Position numbers and translations under genes: made by a program
Virus record (IMG/VR): IMGVR_UViG_3300025723_000074
Coordinates: 1-42,358 of that record
From: a virus
Lineage: Duplodnaviria; Caudoviricetes
Direction: 5' to 3' (one strand)
DNA: 42,358 nucleotides
Shown: piece after piece, positions 7,457-16,613 of the stretch
Numbering within the stretch: position 1 is the first letter of the stretch
Layout of the letters: the number at the start of each line of letters is the position of its first letter
The notes under the pieces: generated by a model
Seen by the model: only the letters and a program-made list of their open reading frames with translations
What the model was told of the DNA's origin: nothing
The model's database searches: none

Positions 7457-8347
7457 TTAGTTGTCAAGTTGAAACTTCATATCTCTGTTCTGTCTAGAGA
7501 ATGATGGGTTCATATTATTCATCTCTAGGATGTCATCACGGATGTTCTGATTGCGCTTTTCAGTATTCAACACACGGCAGAAAGAGTTCGTGATCGCAGC
7601 AGTATAGTAAGCGAACGGATTAGCACTCTTGGCTTCGTTGAAACGCAGACCTACATAGGTCAACTGAAGTACAGCAGAGTTACGCATCTCATCATTGTAT
7701 GTGTATCCACGCCAGTTGAACTTCATCGCATACTTCTCGCACAGCATCATGTACATGCGAGCCAGCTTGTTGGTGATCTGACCATGATCCTTAGAGAAAT
7801 GACCATTGTCGATACCATTCATCCAATGTGACTTACCCACACAGTTGAATGTGCCAGTCTCATCGATCTTGAAATGTTGAAATGGGGGAAAGTTCACCTT
7901 TACATGGACCATGTCATCCACATCGCCCTTAGTAGTCTTGTCTTCTAGATCAGAGAAGTCTTCAGCATCATCTTCATCAAACAGAAGGATGTCTTTGGCA
8001 GTCTTCTTCTTGGTAGTCTTTCTTGGTTGCTTCTGTGCGACTGGAATATGATCCCATGTCATCACACGGAACACTAAGTCTTCAGCGAGTATTTCATCAG
8101 GAGATACAGGCTTACCGGTCTCTTGGGTTAGTCTATTAGCGCGTACTTCTTTCGCAGTTTGGATCTGTTCGGGTTTAGCAGCATGATCTAGACTGTCTCT
8201 GATATCACGATCTGGCATGTCGATTATGAGATCATACCTATGATATTCAGGTTGTGTATAGTAACAATATGTATTTTTGCTCGCGTGGATCTCTTTGAGA
8301 ATGTCACGATTGTTCAGATAGTTGATGGTTTTCTTTCTAGTAGTCAC
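7457..8347 (-). CDS. gp55: gp55-like late-transcription sigma factor
   Basis: NYLNNRDIL, WRGYTYNDEM, FNEAKSANPFAYYT...NSFCRVLNTEKRNQ. Order gp55-gp47-gp46 is as in T4-like phages. Start placed at GTG 8347 (AAGGA at 8358-8354) because ATG 8368 is only 2 nt from the predicted -10 box. Confidence 0.88.
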   Translation of the reverse strand: MTTRKKTINYLNNRDILKEIHASKNTYCYYTQPEYHRYDLIIDMPDRDIRDSLDHAAKPEQIQTAKEVRANRLTQETGKPVSPDEILAEDLVFRVMTWDHIPVAQKQPRKTTKKKTAKDILLFDEDDAEDFSDLEDKTTKGDVDDMVHVKVNFPPFQHFKIDETGTFNCVGKSHWMNGIDNGHFSKDHGQITNKLARMYMMLCEKYAMKFNWRGYTYNDEMRNSAVLQLTYVGLRFNEAKSANPFAYYTAAITNSFCRVLNTEKRNQNIRDDILEMNNMNPSFSRQNRDMKFQLDN

Positions 8348-8370
8348 TGAGATTCCTTCATATATCATGA

Positions 8371-8399
8371 ATTATATCATCACTGTGATCAAAATACAA
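8371..8399 (-). promoter_or_regulatory. Sigma70-type promoter for gp55
   Basis: TTGTAT (8399-8394), 17 nt, TATAAT (8376-8371), with an extended -10 TGn. Confidence 0.7.
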
Positions 8400-8409
8400 C
8401 AGCAACGGG

Positions 8410-8440
8410 TAAAATTTGGGCTTTTTTTGAGTGATAAATA
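8410..8440 (+). promoter_or_regulatory. Late promoter TGATAAATA (8432-8440) with upstream TAAAA...T7 element, heading the baseplate block
   Basis: TAAAATTTGGGCTTTTTTTGAGTGATAAATA. Confidence 0.75.
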
Positions 8441-8475
8441 CAATCAGAGAAATATATTTATCATGGGATTATGAT

Positions 8476-9405
8476 ATGGCAACTGAAGGTTCGACAGTAA
8501 CAGTAGTAGGGGAGGCGGCGCTAAAAGCAGCAAGTGCTGAAACAACAGATGTAGCTGCAGTAACGGTTAGTGCCACCCGTAGCGCACAAAAGAAAGCTAT
8601 CAATCAAGACCAGCTCAACTTCGGTGCTTATAGTGATTGGCGAGTTAGATTATCATTGTCTCCTAGTGTATTGACAAACTATCTGTATAAAGCACCAAAT
8701 CCAGGTATATTACAACCATTGAAAGATACTGACGGTGTTATCTTTCCTTATACTCCTACTATATCAGTAACCTATGCTGCAAACTATGAATCCACAGCAT
8801 TGGTTCATAACAACTATAAAGTCAATCAATACGGAAGCAGTTCAGTGGATAGCGTTTCTATTGGATGTGATTTTACTGCACAAGATGTAAATGAAGCAAA
8901 TTACCTTTTAGCAGTTATTCATTTCTTTAGGACGATGACAAAAATGTTCTATGGTCAAGACACAAATCCACAAAAGGGAACACCTCCTCCGCTCTGTTAT
9001 ATATATGGATTGGGTGCATATCAGTTTTCTGCTCAGCCACTGGCGATCTCAGGGTTTACATATACTTTACCTAATGATGTAGATTATATCTATACTACAG
9101 GGACTTCTGCTGCAGGATTACCTCAGAGCAGCACTAATCCCACTGGCGGCGCTGTACACCAGAGTGCTAGGTTGGGCCCTGGACTCAGTTTTGGGGGAGT
9201 AGGAGCACCAGTCAAATATCCTAGCACTGCAGTTTCTGCAGGAGAAAATGCTACATACGTTCCTACAAAAATACAGATGACGATAACCTGTTTACCGATG
9301 ATGAGCAGAAATGCAGTTTCCAACAAGTTCAGCTTGAAGGATTATGCTACTGGTGCATTGATAAATGGAACTCGTCGCGAAGCAACAGGTGGAGGATTCT
9401 GGTAA
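8476..9405 (+). CDS. Tail-tube initiator / baseplate-tail junction protein (gp48/gp54-like)
   Basis: DWRVRLSL, GVIFPYTPTI, FFRTMTKMFYG, GTPPPLCYIYG and YVPTKIQMTITC suggest a tube-fold protein, and it precedes the gp53-like gene. Start placed at ATG 8476 because the track's GTG 8431 overlaps the promoter. Confidence 0.6.
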   Translation: MATEGSTVTVVGEAALKAASAETTDVAAVTVSATRSAQKKAINQDQLNFGAYSDWRVRLSLSPSVLTNYLYKAPNPGILQPLKDTDGVIFPYTPTISVTYAANYESTALVHNNYKVNQYGSSSVDSVSIGCDFTAQDVNEANYLLAVIHFFRTMTKMFYGQDTNPQKGTPPPLCYIYGLGAYQFSAQPLAISGFTYTLPNDVDYIYTTGTSAAGLPQSSTNPTGGAVHQSARLGPGLSFGGVGAPVKYPSTAVSAGENATYVPTKIQMTITCLPMMSRNAVSNKFSLKDYATGALINGTRREATGGGFW

Positions 9406-9728
9406 TGGCAAACGCATCCAATCAAGGTATCTATCCTGCATCTAGTCCATATACTAATACTAATATCATAAACAACAAGTATTTGGATGTAATGAACTAC
9501 ACTCCGATACCTCTATATCCGAGCGATGTTTATTATCAGTTACCTTTGACTTATCAATATCGTCCCGATCTATTGGCATATGACTTATATAATAATCCCG
9601 GATTATGGTGGGTATTTGCAGCAAGAAATCCTAATTTATTGGGCCCCGATCCTTACTTTAATTTCGTTGCTGGTATAGGAATATATATACCTACACTAGA
9701 CACGCTAAGGACAGTATTAGGAGTATAA
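9405..9728 (+). CDS. gp53: Baseplate wedge protein, gp53-like (LysM-like)
   Basis: YQYRPDLLAYDLYNNPGLWWVFA...IYIP motif. Confidence 0.8.
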   Translation: MANASNQGIYPASSPYTNTNIINNKYLDVMNYTPIPLYPSDVYYQLPLTYQYRPDLLAYDLYNNPGLWWVFAARNPNLLGPDPYFNFVAGIGIYIPTLDTLRTVLGV

Positions 9729-9731
9729 TAA

Positions 9732-12197
9732 GTGCCAGTTTCATTTGATTCTTCCCTTCCTGGGCAATCCGACGATGACAGCGGATCTAATATTGGTACA
9801 GCAGGCCCTATCCCGAGTTCACCTACCGGAGCCGAAGCATCAGCCGGATCTGCAGGATCTCCGGGATCACCCGGTATTAATCAAAACGGAGCATCACCTA
9901 CTACTATTAATAGCGTTGATGAAAAAAATGCTAGCACTCCTCCGTCAGATCCGGCTAGTAACCCGACAAGTATTACGTCGAGAGCAATCGATCCGTCAAC
10001 TCCAGGAAAAAGACTAAAAAATCCATTAGGTGAATTTGCTAGTTACACATATCAGATAAGTTTGTATATGATCACGCCAGACGCATACGATTTGTTTGTT
10101 CAATCTGGAAGAAAAAATATCAATATTTTTAATACTAACGCAGCATCTGGACCACCATCAGGAGGAGGTGGACAATCTTCTCCCCAGCAATCTAATGCGC
10201 CTTCAGGCGGAGGAGCATTTTTGGTTGCCCAAAGCGGCGGAATAAACAATACCAATGAGAAGCGAGCAGCAGGCTTCAATTATGATTATTACATAGACAA
10301 TTTAGTCATACAGAGTCAAACTTCAGGCAAAGCAAGCCAATCCTCTACCAATATAAGTGAGATCACTTTTACTATTACCGAACCATATGGATTTTCATTT
10401 ATCTCTAATCTCAAGCGAGCATCCCTTGCTATAAATCAATACAGCGAAAATCTTGCTAATCCACCGGAGAATCCAACAAAACAATTTTTTATTTTAGGAA
10501 TACGTTTTTATGGATACGATCAATCAGGTGCATTAGTTAAACCATCCTATTCATTTAATGGATCACCGCTAGATCCAAACTCTACTGATGGATCACTGTT
10601 CAATCACTACTATGATATTAGTATAAACAACGTTGCCTTTAAGATTGACGGTAAAACAACTACATATCATATAACCGCAGCACAGATTGCACCTAAAACA
10701 TCATTTGGTGTTAAATATGGATTACTTAAAACTGGCAAAACTTTTGTCGGAAGCACAGTGGATGATATACTGCAAGGATTTGTTACCGCGCTAAATGATG
10801 AACAGAAAGCCATACACGCAAATGATCCAACGTATAAACCGTCGAAGTATAGTATAACCTATTCTACACCGGAAGCAAAATCATATATAGGTGATTCTCT
10901 TATTGTTTCTAAGGCTGATTTGGATAAGGCTAGATTTCCAGGAAGTACTGCAACTAATACTCAATCATCTACTCCTGCTAAAGAATTAAATTCTCAACCA
11001 AATAACACTCAAAGAAATGTTATATTTGGTAATAGCTTACCTATCCTTCAATGTATTGATTCAACTATTATACAGAGTAAATATCTCGAAGATGCACTTT
11101 CCGTGATTTATGATTCAACATTGGAAGCCGACCCTGATAAAAAATCATTGAAAAAAATAACTTCGGCCGATAATAGACCTGTTAGTTGGTATACTGTATC
11201 AGCCGGAGTCAGTAATCCGAGATGGGACGATAAACAAAAAGAATGGGCATTTGATATTACATATACTATTAACAAATATGATACTCCTGTTGTAACCTCT
11301 ACGTATGTAAACGCAGCATCAAAATACTACGGACCTCATAAAAAATATGATTATTGGTATACAGGATTGAATAATGAAATCATAAGTTACGAACAAAATC
11401 TAGATAACACCTTTTTCAATGTGGTCTTAGCAGATAGCAATGATAGCGTTAGTACCTCAGGGGACACCTATCGGTATAATACACCTTCAGGCAATCAATC
11501 ATATGCATCAGGACCGGCAGATGCTGTTGGCAAAAAAGGATCCGGACCTAGTGCCCAGAACTCATTCGTGACTAGTCTTTATGATCCGGGTTCATTTGCG
11601 TCAGCAACTATGACTATATTAGGAGATCCTGATTATCTTATTGAAACGTCTAGTTCTAGTATAGACAATGCATATAGTCAATTTTATGGACCTGATGGAT
11701 ATACCATAAATGCCAATGGCGGACAAGTTTTCATTGAGATAGATTTCAAAGAAGGGGTAGATTATGTCTCTGGTGGCGGCACAGGCGGAATTGACAGTGA
11801 CGGCACTACTCAAGGGGGACTGCTCAATATAAATGATTCAATACTTTTTTGGCAATATCCAGAATCTATATCAAAGATTGTTAAAAATGCCATTAGTTAT
11901 CAGGTTCAACAAGTGACCTCTACTTTTAGAGATGGTGCATTCAAACAAACATTAGAATTGGTTATTAATGATTTTGGTAATCCAGCAGTCAACGAGGATG
12001 CTAATGCAGCGCCTGCAAAATCTACTACTAGCTCTACCTCTGGACCAACAACTACTAGTTCTGCAGTTACAACTTCCAATACTAGCCCTACTAAAGATCC
12101 TGTATTACAGACTAAAGGAGGAACTATTACACAATCTTCACCTACTGGCGGCGCTCCTCCCAAACAAACTCCGCCGGTAGGCAACAATGAAACCTAA
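9732..12197 (+). CDS. Baseplate hub protein (gp27/GPD-like) with low-complexity termini
   Basis: NPLGEFASYTYQISL, FTITEPYGFSF, YDYWYTGLN, MTILGDPDYL, YQVQQVTSTFRDGAFKQTL. Lies between the gp53-like and gp5-like genes. Confidence 0.6.
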   Translation: MPVSFDSSLPGQSDDDSGSNIGTAGPIPSSPTGAEASAGSAGSPGSPGINQNGASPTTINSVDEKNASTPPSDPASNPTSITSRAIDPSTPGKRLKNPLGEFASYTYQISLYMITPDAYDLFVQSGRKNINIFNTNAASGPPSGGGGQSSPQQSNAPSGGGAFLVAQSGGINNTNEKRAAGFNYDYYIDNLVIQSQTSGKASQSSTNISEITFTITEPYGFSFISNLKRASLAINQYSENLANPPENPTKQFFILGIRFYGYDQSGALVKPSYSFNGSPLDPNSTDGSLFNHYYDISINNVAFKIDGKTTTYHITAAQIAPKTSFGVKYGLLKTGKTFVGSTVDDILQGFVTALNDEQKAIHANDPTYKPSKYSITYSTPEAKSYIGDSLIVSKADLDKARFPGSTATNTQSSTPAKELNSQPNNTQRNVIFGNSLPILQCIDSTIIQSKYLEDALSVIYDSTLEADPDKKSLKKITSADNRPVSWYTVSAGVSNPRWDDKQKEWAFDITYTINKYDTPVVTSTYVNAASKYYGPHKKYDYWYTGLNNEIISYEQNLDNTFFNVVLADSNDSVSTSGDTYRYNTPSGNQSYASGPADAVGKKGSGPSAQNSFVTSLYDPGSFASATMTILGDPDYLIETSSSSIDNAYSQFYGPDGYTINANGGQVFIEIDFKEGVDYVSGGGTGGIDSDGTTQGGLLNINDSILFWQYPESISKIVKNAISYQVQQVTSTFRDGAFKQTLELVINDFGNPAVNEDANAAPAKSTTSSTSGPTTTSSAVTTSNTSPTKDPVLQTKGGTITQSSPTGGAPPKQTPPVGNNET

Positions 12198-12224
12198 TAG
12201 CAGAAAAGATTAAGGAATCTATGC

Positions 12225-15200
12225 ATGGCTAATGATGTTATAAAGACAAGGGGAGTTCCTAAATCGGCTAAACCCGGGGCGGCAGGAACACCTAATATGT
12301 CTGTTCCGCTTTTTGGTATTGTCAAAGATAATATCGATCCGCTGAGGTCAGGCAGAATAAAAGTATTATTAGGTGATAAACCTCCATTGGATTCAGACAT
12401 CTCTACTAACTGGGTAACAGTTAGCTATCTCAGTGGATTTTTCGGTAGAGTAAATGCATCCGGCGGCTTGAATGGTACAGGTTCATATAAAGCAAATCCC
12501 AGTTCCTATGGTGAATGGCATGCGCCTCCCGATATCGGCACGACTGTTATCTGCATCTTCATCAACGGTGATCCCAATCAAGGTTATTATATAGGCTGCG
12601 TTCCAGAAGCGGAATCATTGCATATGGTTCCTGCTATCGGTTCTAGTGATTACATCGTACCAAATGCCGGTGAAGCAGCAGGATTCGGAGGAGCCACTAG
12701 ATTACCTGCAACAAATATCAACACAAATAATTCCGGAACTGTCAACAGCAATGAGTTCAACCAAGCTCCCAGACCAGTTCATAGCTATTCTGCAGCAATC
12801 ATGAATCAACAAGGTGTTATTCGTGATCCTATTCGAGGGCCCATATCATCAAGTGCTTCGCGTGAATCATCATCCCGTGTAGGTTGGGGAGTATCTACTC
12901 CAGGAAGACCTATATATGAAGGTGGATATGATGATTCCACTGTGGTCAATAACATAAAAGAAAGCAATAGCACAAAACTACAAGTAGTAGCTCGTCGAGG
13001 CGGACATAGCATTGTCATGGATGACGGTGATATTATCGGGAGAGATCAACTAGTTCGTATACGTACTGCTTTGGGGCATCAAATTACGATGAGTGATGAT
13101 GGTCAGACACTCATGATCCTGCATTCTAATGGACAAAGTTATATAGAGTTGGGCAAAGAAGGTACAGTGGATATCTATAGTACCAACTCATTCAATGTCA
13201 GAACACAAGGTGATCTAAATCTACATGCTGACCAGAACATAAACATTCATGCTGCTGGTAGTTTTAATGTCCAAGCCAAGAGCATTCAGACAAATTCAGA
13301 GACCACTACGCAGATAAGATCGACAAAAGATATCAATATTGCGACATTAGGAGCCTTGACTGGTTTATCCGGTAAAGCAATCGCTTGGAATGCTGCAGGC
13401 GATGTCTCTATGGCAGGTGGCGGACAAGCCTATATCAATGGCGCTAAAGTAAATCTAAACAGCGGACTCTCTAGCACCAAAGCACCCAGTGTTCCCACTA
13501 TTCCTCTGCTTGCACAGACCGATACGTTAGGGGACAAGAATAAAGGATTTATGGCAGCACCTGCGAAACTATTGACTATATGTTCTCGCGCTCCTGCTCA
13601 TGCACCTTGGGCCAATGCAGGCCAAGGCGTCAATGTCAAGACTAATCTAGATGCAGATGCAAATCTTCCGCCGGCACCTACTGCAGCAGTAACTGCTGCA
13701 ACAGCCGCAGGAACAGCAGTTTCTCCTTCACCGCCCGCAGCAGCAACTATCGCATCGTCACCCAATATTTCAGGAGTGTCACCTTCTATGGGAGTGAATA
13801 CTACCGCGGCTGCGATGGCAGCAGCCGCGACCGGTGCTGCAAAGGGAGCACTAAGCAGTGCAGTCACGCAAGGCGCTGCGGTGGTACAAACAGCACAAGG
13901 AGCAGTGGCTGCGGTCGGCGCATTTGCACTCACTCCTTCACAGTTGGTCAACGGCGGTATATTGAAGCCGGGTGCTGATACGCTTGTTACTGGTCTTGTT
14001 AATCGCGGGAATGATATACAACTATCCATGCCACCGTCTCTCTTTGTAGGAGCACCGGGCGCATCTAACCTGACTACGTTAGTTCAAAACACTGATGCAC
14101 AGGCACAAAGTGTGAATACCAATATGCAAAAATCACAGACAGCATTGACGCAGGTCGGAGCAATCACAGGTAAAGAGACATCAGCGGTTGTTACCGGACT
14201 TGTTCATGCTGCTGCATCTGTAGGAATAAATGCTACAGTGGGTGCTATACAGCGTTCCGCTGGTGTTGGAAGTGCAGCATCTGTAGCACTCAGCAATATC
14301 GCAGCAAACACAATAGCCAGTGCGGCTAAAGGATTGCTTACAGGGGGATCAGTTTCTGCTTCGCTCAATAATGCCGCCGGATCATTGGCAGGTGCAGCTT
14401 CTGGAGCACTAAACAGTGCTGTGGGTGCTGCAGTGACTGGTGCGGAAAACCAGATACAGAGTGCATTGAGCGCGATAGGTGCAGGCAGCGCAGCAGCATC
14501 ATTTGCATCTGGTCTCACTGGCGGCCTGGGCGGCGTCGCTAGTGCATTGACTGGTATGGCGAAAGTTCCCAGCCTATCAACATTAGTGGATCAGAGTGTT
14601 GGTGTTGCAGCATCCGCATTCAAAGCGATCAGTGCATCATTCAAACCGTTGCAAGCGGGCGTCCCGCAAAATCTTACCTCTATAGCAAAAACAAATGCTG
14701 CAAATAATGCAACAGTAGCAGATCAAAATTCACAAGCAGGAAGCTCGCTTGCTAGCATAACAAATAGTATAACAAGCGCAGCGACCAGTGCTGCTACCGG
14801 CGCAATTAAAGCAGCGACTGCAGTAGCCACCTCTTCTCTAGCAACAAATACTCTCGGAATAGCAGCAGGGTTGACAGCATTAAATGCAGTAAATTCAATC
14901 GTTCATTCGGCTAGTGTGGTAGGCGGGGCAGTAAATAATAGTACTGCAGCAGTTACTGGTGCAGCGACTGCTACCCAAACAGCAATAACTAACGCTGCCG
15001 GCGCAATTGGTGGTACAGCAACCCTATCAACTGCGGGCGGTATTACTGGCCCAGTTAATTCTGTCTCTAATAATGTAGTAGGTAATGCGCTCAATACCAC
15101 TATCGGCGGAGTCCAGAATGCGGTAAATAATATAGCAGCAGTATCGGGTGCGGGTCCGACACTGGCTGCCGGCGGCCTTCCTGCACTATCAAATGCTGCT

Positions 15201-16022
15201 GCAGTGGTTCAACAGGGTGCCATCGGGGCTACTTCTGCGACACTCGCTAGTGGATTGAGCAATCTAGCAGGCGGAATCAATACTGCTGCATCAGTTGTAA
15301 ATAATGCACCGACAGCAAGAAATAATATTCCAGGAACAACATCATTGACTAGCCTGATCAACAATGCTCAGGCTGCAGCAATGAACGGAGTATCGTCAGC
15401 AGCAGGAGCTTTAGGTGGACTGACTGCCAAAGCTAATGCACTCAATAGTATAGCAGCAACTGCTGTTATCGGTGCATTACCTCAAGTCGCTGCAGCCAGC
15501 GCAGCAGCAGGAATTGCAAGCGCGGCAGCATCTAAGCTAGGCGGGTTAGCATCATTAGCTGCTTCAGGACTGTCAGTGGGTGGAATCGCACAACTACAGA
15601 GCGCAATATCAGCACTCTCTAAGGGCGGAATCGCAGCAATAAAAATGCCTACTGTAGGATTTAATACAAATAATCGTGCTGCGATAACAGCACAGACGAC
15701 AAAGATATTGGGTGATCCGGGAATTCCTGCTCCTAATCTGACAGGGGGAGTTTCGACATCAACTGCAAATGACTATCAAACAAAACTTGATCAGGCAGCA
15801 GACTTGCAAAAACAATACAGCGCCTTACAAAAAACAACCAACGATGCAATAACTACTGCAACTGATGCACAAAACAAATATATTACAGCTAAAAATAATC
15901 TTCCGGCAGGTGATCCTGGAATAGCGTCGGCTGAAGATACCCTGCATAATGCAGTAGTAGTATTGCGAGCAGCACAAGCAGCAGAGGTCGCATTCTTGAA
16001 GGCACATCCAGAAGTTGGTTGA
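12225..16022 (+). CDS. gp5: gp5/VgrG-like central spike with a very long Ala/Gly/Ser/Thr-rich C-terminal extension
   Basis: OB-fold motifs (GIVKDNIDPLRSGRIKV, PPDIGTTVICIF), beta-helix region (GHSIVMDD, RIRTALGHQITMSDD, GDLNLHADQNINIHA), RAPAHAPW, then roughly 800 aa of mostly low-complexity sequence. Confidence 0.8.
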   Translation: MANDVIKTRGVPKSAKPGAAGTPNMSVPLFGIVKDNIDPLRSGRIKVLLGDKPPLDSDISTNWVTVSYLSGFFGRVNASGGLNGTGSYKANPSSYGEWHAPPDIGTTVICIFINGDPNQGYYIGCVPEAESLHMVPAIGSSDYIVPNAGEAAGFGGATRLPATNINTNNSGTVNSNEFNQAPRPVHSYSAAIMNQQGVIRDPIRGPISSSASRESSSRVGWGVSTPGRPIYEGGYDDSTVVNNIKESNSTKLQVVARRGGHSIVMDDGDIIGRDQLVRIRTALGHQITMSDDGQTLMILHSNGQSYIELGKEGTVDIYSTNSFNVRTQGDLNLHADQNINIHAAGSFNVQAKSIQTNSETTTQIRSTKDINIATLGALTGLSGKAIAWNAAGDVSMAGGGQAYINGAKVNLNSGLSSTKAPSVPTIPLLAQTDTLGDKNKGFMAAPAKLLTICSRAPAHAPWANAGQGVNVKTNLDADANLPPAPTAAVTAATAAGTAVSPSPPAAATIASSPNISGVSPSMGVNTTAAAMAAAATGAAKGALSSAVTQGAAVVQTAQGAVAAVGAFALTPSQLVNGGILKPGADTLVTGLVNRGNDIQLSMPPSLFVGAPGASNLTTLVQNTDAQAQSVNTNMQKSQTALTQVGAITGKETSAVVTGLVHAAASVGINATVGAIQRSAGVGSAASVALSNIAANTIASAAKGLLTGGSVSASLNNAAGSLAGAASGALNSAVGAAVTGAENQIQSALSAIGAGSAAASFASGLTGGLGGVASALTGMAKVPSLSTLVDQSVGVAASAFKAISASFKPLQAGVPQNLTSIAKTNAANNATVADQNSQAGSSLASITNSITSAATSAATGAIKAATAVATSSLATNTLGIAAGLTALNAVNSIVHSASVVGGAVNNSTAAVTGAATATQTAITNAAGAIGGTATLSTAGGITGPVNSVSNNVVGNALNTTIGGVQNAVNNIAAVSGAGPTLAAGGLPALSNAAAVVQQGAIGATSATLASGLSNLAGGINTAASVVNNAPTARNNIPGTTSLTSLINNAQAAAMNGVSSAAGALGGLTAKANALNSIAATAVIGALPQVAAASAAAGIASAAASKLGGLASLAASGLSVGGIAQLQSAISALSKGGIAAIKMPTVGFNTNNRAAITAQTTKILGDPGIPAPNLTGGVSTSTANDYQTKLDQAADLQKQYSALQKTTNDAITTATDAQNKYITAKNNLPAGDPGIASAEDTLHNAVVVLRAAQAAEVAFLKAHPEVG

Positions 16023-16025
16023 TAC

Positions 16026-16033
16026 TATAAATA
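16026..16033 (+). promoter_or_regulatory. Late promoter TATAAATA for gp25
   Basis: Exact T4 late consensus, followed by an AAAGGA RBS. Confidence 0.75.
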
Positions 16034-16049
16034 ATATAAAGGAAATGTG

Positions 16050-16565
16050 ATGCCACAGTTTATAGGATTCAGCACGATAGGTGCTTCAGTACCGAGAAGT
16101 ACCAATATACAGGTACAGGGTGCATCAAACATGAATACCAATGTAGGTCCAAATGGATTAGTTCCTATCAACGGATTTGGCATAACATCTGCATCGGGCA
16201 GCACCACCTTACCAGTATATACCGGAAAGAAATTCACTCTCACAGATGGTCAACTCGTGATGCGTGATCTCATGAATGCGCTCAATATTCCACAAGGACA
16301 GAAAGTAGGACAACCTGGTTATGGTACTAGAATATGGAGCTATATATTCGAACCAAACACTCCAGACCTTCAGACGCAACTAGAGAATGATATAAGATCG
16401 ATAGCTGCAAATGATCCTAGACTAGACATAAACTATATAAAATCCTATCCTCAAGACAACGGTATACTTGTAGAAATACAGTTCGCAATCCTACCGTTCA
16501 ATAATCCAGAAACTCTAAGTATATTTTTTAATCAAAACACCAATACTGCCACTCTAGGAGTATAA
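16050..16565 (+). CDS. gp25: Baseplate wedge subunit gp25-like
   Basis: DLMNALNIPQGQKVGQPGYGTRIWSYIFEP...DPRL. Start may be GTG 16047 or ATG 16050. Confidence 0.88.
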   Translation: MPQFIGFSTIGASVPRSTNIQVQGASNMNTNVGPNGLVPINGFGITSASGSTTLPVYTGKKFTLTDGQLVMRDLMNALNIPQGQKVGQPGYGTRIWSYIFEPNTPDLQTQLENDIRSIAANDPRLDINYIKSYPQDNGILVEIQFAILPFNNPETLSIFFNQNTNTATLGV

Positions 16566-16592
16566 AACCCCGATTTTTCTCAGTGATAAATA
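16563..16592 (+). promoter_or_regulatory. Late promoter TGATAAATA (16584-16592) with upstream TAAAA...T5 element, for gp6-gp7
   Basis: TAAAACCCCGATTTTTCTCAGTGATAAATA. Confidence 0.75.
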
Positions 16593-16613
16593 CTTAATAA
16601 AAAGAGATTAATC

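Noticed and set aside
8431-8475. Track start GTG 8431 (likewise 8368, 4296 and 40566)
   Set aside because: These overlap promoters or the upstream gene. Downstream starts fit the promoter or RBS positions better.
13598-16007. Minus-strand Ala/Pro-rich ORFs within gp5
   Set aside because: Expected by-product of GCN-rich low-complexity coding on the plus strand.
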